Shown here in pieces: positions 17,442 to 24,208 of a DNA stretch of 34,682 nt (positions within the stretch are counted from its first letter, which is position 1; each line of letters opens with the position of its first letter). Both the position numbers and the translations under genes were made by a program. The stretch lies in the NCBI GenBank assembly GCA_043101835.1, contig JBICHM010000198.1:1-34682 (forward strand), written 5' to 3'. The stretch is from Phycisphaerales bacterium. GTDB lineage: Bacteria; Planctomycetota; Phycisphaerae; Phycisphaerales; UBA1924. The notes under the pieces are model-generated. The model made no database searches. It had not been told where the DNA came from and saw nothing but the letters and a program-made list of their open reading frames with translations.

Positions 17442-18244
17442 CCGCGATGCCCCACAACGAGCGGCTCTTTGACCTGCTTGCCGACCGCGCCCTCGACGGC
17501 CTCGACGCCGCCGAGGCGATGGAGCTGCAACGTCTGCTCGCCGAGTCCGGAGACGCCATCGCGGAGGACGAGCTCGATCTCGCCGCCGCCGCCCTGCACC
17601 TTGGATTCGGAGTCGAGCAGGAGGCGTTGCCGGAGGGCCTGCGCGATCGCATCGCGCTCGACGCCGATCGCTACGTGCGTCCGTCGTCGGCATCGAAAGC
17701 CGAAGTGCATCATGAGATTGTTCGACGACCCGACGTTGTCGCTCGCATCGGCTGGATGCCGTGGCTGGTCGCCGCGGCGGCCATCGTGATCGGCGCCGTC
17801 GGGTGGATGCGCACGTCCCCCACCGCGACACCTGAGACCCCGAATGCTGCCCCGATCACCGCGCAGTTCGCGTCGCTGCGCGACGCCCCCGGGACGGAGG
17901 CGATCGCCTGGGCGGCCCTTGAAGACCCGACCGCGCAGGGCGCCGCGGGCGAGGTGATCTGGAACGCGGCTGAGCAGCGTGGATTCATGCGCTTCGAGGG
18001 GCTTGCAGCAAACGATCCCTCGATCGAGCAGTACCAGCTCTGGATCTTCGATTCGACCCGTCCGGAGGCGACGCCTGTGGACGGCGGCGTGTTCGATATC
18101 TCCGCACAGGGCGAAGTGATCGTGCCGATCCGCGCGAAGCTGCCGGTGCGTGACGCCGCGGCCTTCGCTGTGACTGTTGAGCAGCCCGGCGGCGTGGTCG
18201 TCAGCGATCGCTCCCGGCTCGCCATGCTCGCCGCGAGAGGTTGA
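17438..18244 (+). CDS. anti-sigma factor, RskA-like (one TM, extracytoplasmic RskA domain)
   Basis: ATGA overlap with the sigma gene. TM helix IGWMPWLVAAAAIVIGAVGWM. C-terminal YQLWIFDS...PVDGGVF...FAVTVEQPGGVVVSD is typical of the anti-sigma-K RskA C-terminal domain. Confidence 0.8.
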   Translation: MTAMPHNERLFDLLADRALDGLDAAEAMELQRLLAESGDAIAEDELDLAAAALHLGFGVEQEALPEGLRDRIALDADRYVRPSSASKAEVHHEIVRRPDVVARIGWMPWLVAAAAIVIGAVGWMRTSPTATPETPNAAPITAQFASLRDAPGTEAIAWAALEDPTAQGAAGEVIWNAAEQRGFMRFEGLAANDPSIEQYQLWIFDSTRPEATPVDGGVFDISAQGEVIVPIRAKLPVRDAAAFAVTVEQPGGVVVSDRSRLAMLAARG

Positions 18245-18247
18245 CCT

Positions 18248-18622
18248 TCATCGTCGAGTGAGGCGAAGGCGCACCGGCCCGCGGATCGTGCCCGGATCAA
18301 GCACCTCCCCCTTCCGCGTGACCTCGATCCGTCGCGCCCGCGCCAGCCGTCTTGCGGCACTGTGCACCTCGGGCATAAGCGCACGCCACCGGCCGGGATC
18401 CACACGGCGAGCCGCCTCCGACGGACAGATCGAGGCTTCGGGAGCCCGCTCGTTGAGCAGCGCCAAAATGGCGCTTTCGATGCGTCGACCGAACGTGCTG
18501 TTCTTCGTGCGGCGGCACGCATCGGAGCAATAGACGATCTGATTCCAGCAGTTCGCCCATTTGCGTCGCCAGGCAAATGGCCTGCCGCAGACCGGACAGA
18601 TCTTCTCGGCGGCCCCGCTCAT
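18248..18622 (-). CDS. DUF2256 zinc-ribbon-like + DUF3253 fusion protein (124 aa)
   Basis: Start trimmed to ATG 18622, which shares 1 nt with the upstream TGA. CPVCGRPFAWRRKWANCWNQIVYCSDACRR matches my memory of DUF2256. SICPSEAARRV...WRALMPEVHSAARRLARARRIEVTRKGEVLDP...GPVRLR matches DUF3253. Confidence 0.8.
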   Translation of the reverse strand: MSGAAEKICPVCGRPFAWRRKWANCWNQIVYCSDACRRTKNSTFGRRIESAILALLNERAPEASICPSEAARRVDPGRWRALMPEVHSAARRLARARRIEVTRKGEVLDPGTIRGPVRLRLTRR

Positions 18623-21108
18623 CACGCGTCGGTGCCCGGCGCGCAGTCGAAGAGCGTCGGGTCCGTTCGTCGCTCGACCACAACACCTGCAATCCGGCCG
18701 GCAAGTGCGCAGCCGCTGAGGAAGGCGCCTTCGATCCGAGGCTCGAGGCACCAGTCGCCGGCGAGACCGATCTGTAGTTCCGGGTCGTAGACGCACGCCT
18801 CGCCGACGGCTTGCTCGACCTGCGCATACCGCCACCGATGCGCTGTGGCGCGGAGAACTCTGCGCTCCTCGTTGGCCACGGCGCCGAACGCGTCGATCAG
18901 TGAACGAGCGACCGTCTCGTGATCGTCCTCGAGATGCTCGCGCGACCACGCCGGCGATGCGTGTAGCGTCCAGCGATTGCCCGGAGCGCGCCCCGGCTTC
19001 GACGCCTCCCGCGCCGCCCAGGCAAGCGGCCCCTGCTCGATGCGAAGCGCATCAAACTCGATGCTCGGGTTGGTCTCAAACTCCACCATGCAAACCCAGC
19101 ACGGCGCCAGCGTGGGCGCGGCGACGGACCCGCGCAGCGACGGGACGTCGGCGACAAGCGACGCGGCCTGCACCGGCGGTATCGCGATCGCGAGCGCATC
19201 ACACTCAAGCCGGTTCTCCCCCCCATCGTCGGTGCAGCGCCAAGCCCCCTCGACGCGTTCGACCGATGCAATCCGCACCCCGGAATGCACGGTCAGGTCG
19301 TTGGCGAGGTGCGTCGCGATCGACCGCATGGCGGGAGCGCCGACAAGCATCGGCGGCGCGTCGTCCGGCCGTGGGGCCGGATCGATTCGCCCCGCGCGCA
19401 CGATGCCGACCCGTGGTCGCCAGCGCGCGACAACACCCTCCTCGACCCACGACCGGACACACCGGCCGAAACGAGGATCGCGGACGGTGAAGTACTGGGC
19501 GCCGTGGTCAAAGTGTGCGCCATCGTCACGACGCGTGCTGATCCGCCCGCCCGGCGCCCGGCCCTTGTCGAACACCACGACCTCGTGCCCCTGGTCGTGG
19601 AGCGCACGGGCGCAGCCGAGTCCGGCGATCCCCGCGCCGATCACGCCGACCCGCCGGGCTCCGCCCGATGGCGGCGTCGAGACGGCGTCGCCGTATCGCG
19701 CGAGGTCGAGCCGTTCCGCATGCGTCGCCGTGTCGCGCGATCGAACCACACCCAGCACCGGCTTCGCGGGCTCGAAGGGCCGATCGAACTGTCCGAGGCA
19801 CCAGAGGATGCCGCCATATGAGTTGGGATCGCACCCGTCGAGCGCGAAACGGTGGTTGAGGTCTATCAGGGCCGCGAGCGCATCACGTGGCCCGGCCGTC
19901 CACATCGGTATGGCCTTGCCCCATGTCATCCGAAGGTTGTTGTGCAGCCACCCCCGGCGGATCAACGAACGCTGCGCCAGGTCCCACACCCTGTCGCCGG
20001 TGCGCCCGCGCGCAAGCGTCTCCCACGTGGCAAGCCCATCGCGCGGATCCTCGCCGCGCTCCTCCAGCGTGCGTCGCGCCCAGTCGGGCAGCGCATCGAG
20101 GCTGTGGAGCGTCCGTTCAGGCGTATGGAAGCAGAAATGGTGCGCGAGCTCGCGCCAGATGATGAGCTCGTCGAGGAACTTCTCCGGGCCGGGGCCGCCG
20201 ACCGCAGCGCATTCCCGAGCCACCCGCATCGGCGAGACATGCCCGTGATGCAGATACGGCGAGAGCGCGCTGACGCCATCGTCCGCGGCGTCGTTGCGCC
20301 GCCGGTGATAGGCGCCGAGCCGATCGCGCCGGAACGCCTCCCACCGTGCATACCCCGCCTTGGCGCCGCCCGGCGCACTGCGCACCGGTGCGATCGTGTG
20401 ATCGACCGCCCTGCTCGCGACTCGCGCCGCGATCTCCGTGTCGTCGAGCGCGGCGATGTCTGTCGCGACGAACCCGGGATCGAAGCCCTCGGGTACGCGA
20501 TGCGCCGGTGACGGCGGGGCCGGCCAAGGTGCTCGCACCGCGCTGTCGAGCCGGTCCTTGATCGCGCTGCGAAAGCGGAACGCCCGGTTCGCTCGAGCGC
20601 CGACCGACTGCATCGGAATTACGCACGCGCAGTCGATCGCGATCGTGGGAACACCAGTCCGTCCGGCGACCGCCTCGGTCCAGCGCGGCATCGGCGGGGC
20701 CGGGAAATCCTCGGTGACGAGGATCGCGGCGCGTCGGGCGAGGTCATGGAGCGGCGATGCCGACGTCGGGTCGTCGGGAAGCCAGAAAAGCGTGCGCAGC
20801 CCACGCGCCGCGAGTCCGGCGTGGGCCTCCCGCGCCCCCTCGAGAATGAAGGTGTCGCTCCGATCACTGTTGTACCGATGGCGGCCACCGAGGCCCTGGT
20901 AGACCACCACCGGCAGGCCGAGGCGGTTCCCCAGCTCGATGGCGCCATCGACGGCCGGATTCTCGTGGTCGCGTACGGCGTGGTGCAGCCAACACAGCAC
21001 GAACTCGCCGGACGGCGGGCGCACTCCCGCAGAGAGAAGCCGCGCCCGCTCGCGCACGGCGGCGGGAAGTTCGGCGAGCAGCTCAGACGTAGCGGGCGCG
21101 CGCGACAT
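18622..21108 (-). CDS. class-II-like DNA photolyase domain fused to a renalase-type NAD(P)/FAD-dependent oxidoreductase
   Basis: Residues 1 to about 480 (about 19669-21108): FVLCWLHHAVRDHENPA, SPYLHHGHVSPMRVA, FLDELIIWRELAHHF, GWLHNNLRMTWGKAI, LDGCDPNSYGGILWCLGQFDRPF. Residues about 485-828: dinucleotide fold VGVIGAGIAGLGCARALHDQGHEVVVFDKGRAPGGR followed by amine-oxidase-like sequence. Confidence 0.85.
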   Translation of the reverse strand: MSRAPATSELLAELPAAVRERARLLSAGVRPPSGEFVLCWLHHAVRDHENPAVDGAIELGNRLGLPVVVYQGLGGRHRYNSDRSDTFILEGAREAHAGLAARGLRTLFWLPDDPTSASPLHDLARRAAILVTEDFPAPPMPRWTEAVAGRTGVPTIAIDCACVIPMQSVGARANRAFRFRSAIKDRLDSAVRAPWPAPPSPAHRVPEGFDPGFVATDIAALDDTEIAARVASRAVDHTIAPVRSAPGGAKAGYARWEAFRRDRLGAYHRRRNDAADDGVSALSPYLHHGHVSPMRVARECAAVGGPGPEKFLDELIIWRELAHHFCFHTPERTLHSLDALPDWARRTLEERGEDPRDGLATWETLARGRTGDRVWDLAQRSLIRRGWLHNNLRMTWGKAIPMWTAGPRDALAALIDLNHRFALDGCDPNSYGGILWCLGQFDRPFEPAKPVLGVVRSRDTATHAERLDLARYGDAVSTPPSGGARRVGVIGAGIAGLGCARALHDQGHEVVVFDKGRAPGGRISTRRDDGAHFDHGAQYFTVRDPRFGRCVRSWVEEGVVARWRPRVGIVRAGRIDPAPRPDDAPPMLVGAPAMRSIATHLANDLTVHSGVRIASVERVEGAWRCTDDGGENRLECDALAIAIPPVQAASLVADVPSLRGSVAAPTLAPCWVCMVEFETNPSIEFDALRIEQGPLAWAAREASKPGRAPGNRWTLHASPAWSREHLEDDHETVARSLIDAFGAVANEERRVLRATAHRWRYAQVEQAVGEACVYDPELQIGLAGDWCLEPRIEGAFLSGCALAGRIAGVVVERRTDPTLFDCAPGTDA

Positions 21109-21152
21109 CGCAGCAGCAGGTTCGGCGCCGCCTGCCAGACGGATGCGGCGGA

Positions 21153-22103
21153 TCAGAAGCGGGTGGTCGGCTTGCTCGCGGCTCGGGCGCGCCAGCGAGA
21201 CTCGAGACCAGGGTCGAGGTCGTACGGCGTGTCAGAGTCAAGCGGCAGTTCCGCCGGCGTCGCGCGCAGGCAGTAGAACTCGTCGGCGCGCGGCGGCCCG
21301 GCGAGCAGGTCCAGCCACTGCCCCTCGTCCGGTCGCAACGCGATGACCGCGCTTGGCCCGCCAAGCGCCGCGTCGACGAGCAGTGCCCAGTCCACCAGTT
21401 CCTCGCTGTCATCACGGATCGAACGCGGCGCCCGGATCTGGAGCGACGATGCGGGCGCCCCCTTCGACGCGGGCGCCGCCTGCTCGACAACACGCAGGAT
21501 CCGGAGCAACCCGACGGAACTGGGGCCGAAGGCGCCGCTGGTGAAGAATCGATCGAGGATCTGCGGCAGGTCGGGATCGTCCCGATCGGGGACGCCTCCC
21601 GGATCAGTGAACTCCGTGAGTCGTCGGCGCAAGTCCTGCTGCGCCGCCTGGTGTGCGGCCAGCACACCGGCCTCGTTGCGGCTCGCGCGAGCGTGCTCCT
21701 CGAAGGTGCGGACCGCGCCCATCGCCACATCCTGCAGCCAACGGATCGGGACACCCTCGGCCTGCACCAGCGCGACCATCGGGAACTCACCGCGTCCGCG
21801 CGCATCGCTCGACGCCCACATGCGCCCGACAAGCACGGAGCGCTCGCCGAGCGCAACGAACTCATGGCCGAACCGATCGACGAGTTCTCCGTCCGCCTTG
21901 CCGACCCACGCGCCCGTGTCGATGAGCTTCTTGATGCCGCCGTTGTAGAGGCGCTTCTTGAACGCGAGGATCGGGTCGGTCAGTTCGCCGATGCCCGGCT
22001 CGATGTGGTCGCTCCACGCGGGATGCTTGCCGAACGCGAAGAGCGAGAGCGTGGGCGCCTTTCCGCCAAGGATGCGCGACTTGAGGTTACGGATCAGTCC
22101 CAC
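21153..22103 (-). CDS. tagF: TagF-like (DUF2094) T6SS-associated protein with a C-terminal extension
   Basis: FAFGKHPAWSDHI and VGRMWASSDARGRGEFPMVALV resemble the FYGKLPxxGDF and PSxDxVGRxFPL motifs of TagF. Start taken at GTG 22103 (GGAG 7 nt upstream, 20 nt after the upstream stop). The track ORF starts at GTG 22184 and would overlap by 61 nt. Confidence 0.65.
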   Translation of the reverse strand: MGLIRNLKSRILGGKAPTLSLFAFGKHPAWSDHIEPGIGELTDPILAFKKRLYNGGIKKLIDTGAWVGKADGELVDRFGHEFVALGERSVLVGRMWASSDARGRGEFPMVALVQAEGVPIRWLQDVAMGAVRTFEEHARASRNEAGVLAAHQAAQQDLRRRLTEFTDPGGVPDRDDPDLPQILDRFFTSGAFGPSSVGLLRILRVVEQAAPASKGAPASSLQIRAPRSIRDDSEELVDWALLVDAALGGPSAVIALRPDEGQWLDLLAGPPRADEFYCLRATPAELPLDSDTPYDLDPGLESRWRARAASKPTTRF

Positions 22104-22123
22104 GCGGGCGCTCCGGTCGGGTT

Positions 22124-24208
22124 TCAGAATCGGGGCCACTCGTCGAGCGGCGGCAACGGACGATTGAACACAAGCCGGAGCCACACCTCACCGGACGCGA
22201 CCGGGATGCGAACGTCCCACATGTCGGAGGGCGCTCCCGCCGGCGCCTGCGCCGGACGCGCGTCGAAGGCGTAGAGCATCTTCAACGCGGACCACCCGCC
22301 GAGTTCGAACCGGCCGACTGGCGCAGCGTCATTCTCGGTGTTGAGCAGTTCGAGCGTAAGCGAGCGCGACGCGTTGAAGCGGTACGGGGCGTTGATGCGC
22401 ACGTCGGTGTACGAGGCGTCCTCGACGCCCGTGAATGCCTGCGGGCGATTACGCTGCCCGCCCTCGCTCACGCGCAGGTAGTTGACATTCGTCGGCCGGT
22501 CGAGGTTCCGCTCTCCGAGCAGCACCACCGAGCAGGCGAGGTCAACAGCGGCGCCCTGCGGGCCGGTGAGCGCCTGCTTGAGCGCAAAGAGGCGCTCAGC
22601 ACGCTGTCGCTCCTGCGGGCCGAGCAGATCGGCCAGCGACGTTGCTGCGTCGCGGAGCGATGCTGGATACCCGGCGAATGCCTGCGCATCCTCCGCAGGA
22701 TCACCGCCGCCGACCAGCGACTCCACGCCGCCGAAGGCGCCGAGGGCGCCCGGCTCCACCGCCGGCACGCCCGTGTACTGCGCGAGCGGCAGCCCGTTCG
22801 AGGGCGGCGCAAAGGGGAAGCGTCCCTGGTTGTTCTGCACGAACTGGTTGTACTGCCCGACCAGCCCGCCGAACGTGTCGGCGCGGATGGCCTCGATCGC
22901 CGCGACGAGCACCTGGATCGAGTAGCGCGTCTCGAAGATGAACTCGCGTCCGCCGAGGTTCTGGCGCGCCTTCTTCAGGAAGTCGAAGGGCTCGACGACC
23001 CCCGCGCGCATCTCGGCGAGGATCCGGTCACGCGCCGCGTCCGGAGCCGCGGGGAGGCTTCGCAGGTAGTTGGTGACGAGGTTGAGCTGGCTGTCGAGTG
23101 GGTAGACGGCGAGCACGGAGCTCTCGGCCTGGCGCCCGGAGTCGATCCGGGAGAGCAAGCGGGAGACCGCGGCGCCGCGCTCGTTCTCCGGGATGACGCT
23201 CAGCGGCGTCACAGCGGTCTGGATGGCGGCGCGCACCTGCTCGAGTTGCTGCTTGGCGTCGAAGGGACGGATGTCCGGGAGCGCCTGCTCGCGGAACCCG
23301 GCCCAGGTGTCGAAGTCGCGGATGTCCGTCGCATCGGCGAGCACCGTGTCCCAGTACGCGGCGTATTCCCCGAGCCAGCCCTGCATCTGGGGCTTGATCG
23401 CGGCGAGCGCGCGTCGCGCTTCGTCGGGATTCAGCAGCGAGCTTCCCTCGCCCGTCGGCGCCACGCCGGACTGCACCATCGCGTACGCCCCCGCGATCGC
23501 CTGGCCGGCGCCGACCGAGTAGTCGGCCCGGATCAGCTCGCCGTCGGAGCGCGGCTGCAGACGCGAGAGCGTCGGCGTCGGGAACGAGCGGTCGGAGTCG
23601 GCAAAGGACGACGCGATGCCCTCGGGCGACGGCCAGCCCGCATCGAGGGCCTGCACCACGGCCTCCTGGCGCCGGAGCGCCGCGGCGAGGTCGAGCGCGA
23701 ACTGGAGCGACTCCTGCGCCGACGCCGCGCTTGCGCGAAGCTCCGGTCGATCGGACGAAAGGACGGGGTTGAGCGCCTCGTCGGCGCGGCGCAGGCGATC
23801 CTGCGCATCACCGGTGTCGGCGTCCAGTGTCGTCGCAAGGCTGGTCAGATAGATCGGCCCGTCGAGCGATGCGCCCGCGGCGAGTCGGTCCTGCGCGAGG
23901 GCGTACGCATCGAGTCGCCGCCCGATCGCGTACGAGCCGTTCGCGTCGAGGCGCTGCACGTGGGCCGCCCAGTCCTGCGCCCCCGCGGCAAGCACCTGCG
24001 CCCGTGCGTCGAAAGTTTCGTTGAACTCCGCCTGCTGCAGCGCGATTCGCGTCCGGATCGCTTCGAGCCAGCCGGCGTCGGTCTGCGGGTCGGGCGGGGC
24101 GCCCTCCGCGCCGGGCGCCGGCGGGAGCGCGCCGAGCATGCGGTTGAATGCCGCGGCGGCGGTTTCGCGGCGCTGGTTGATGACGCCGCGGACGAATGTC
24201 GGCGTCAC
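22124..24208 (-). CDS. tssM: TssM/IcmF C-terminal (periplasmic) half encoded as a separate ORF
   Basis: GTG 24208 overlaps the TGA (24205-24207) of the N-terminal half. The 117 upstream codons in the track are Arg-rich shadow. YAAYWDTVL and NNQGRFPFAPPS resemble IcmF-related and IcmF_C motifs (GRYPF). No signal peptide or TM helix at its N-terminus. Confidence 0.65.
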   Translation of the reverse strand: MTPTFVRGVINQRRETAAAAFNRMLGALPPAPGAEGAPPDPQTDAGWLEAIRTRIALQQAEFNETFDARAQVLAAGAQDWAAHVQRLDANGSYAIGRRLDAYALAQDRLAAGASLDGPIYLTSLATTLDADTGDAQDRLRRADEALNPVLSSDRPELRASAASAQESLQFALDLAAALRRQEAVVQALDAGWPSPEGIASSFADSDRSFPTPTLSRLQPRSDGELIRADYSVGAGQAIAGAYAMVQSGVAPTGEGSSLLNPDEARRALAAIKPQMQGWLGEYAAYWDTVLADATDIRDFDTWAGFREQALPDIRPFDAKQQLEQVRAAIQTAVTPLSVIPENERGAAVSRLLSRIDSGRQAESSVLAVYPLDSQLNLVTNYLRSLPAAPDAARDRILAEMRAGVVEPFDFLKKARQNLGGREFIFETRYSIQVLVAAIEAIRADTFGGLVGQYNQFVQNNQGRFPFAPPSNGLPLAQYTGVPAVEPGALGAFGGVESLVGGGDPAEDAQAFAGYPASLRDAATSLADLLGPQERQRAERLFALKQALTGPQGAAVDLACSVVLLGERNLDRPTNVNYLRVSEGGQRNRPQAFTGVEDASYTDVRINAPYRFNASRSLTLELLNTENDAAPVGRFELGGWSALKMLYAFDARPAQAPAGAPSDMWDVRIPVASGEVWLRLVFNRPLPPLDEWPRF

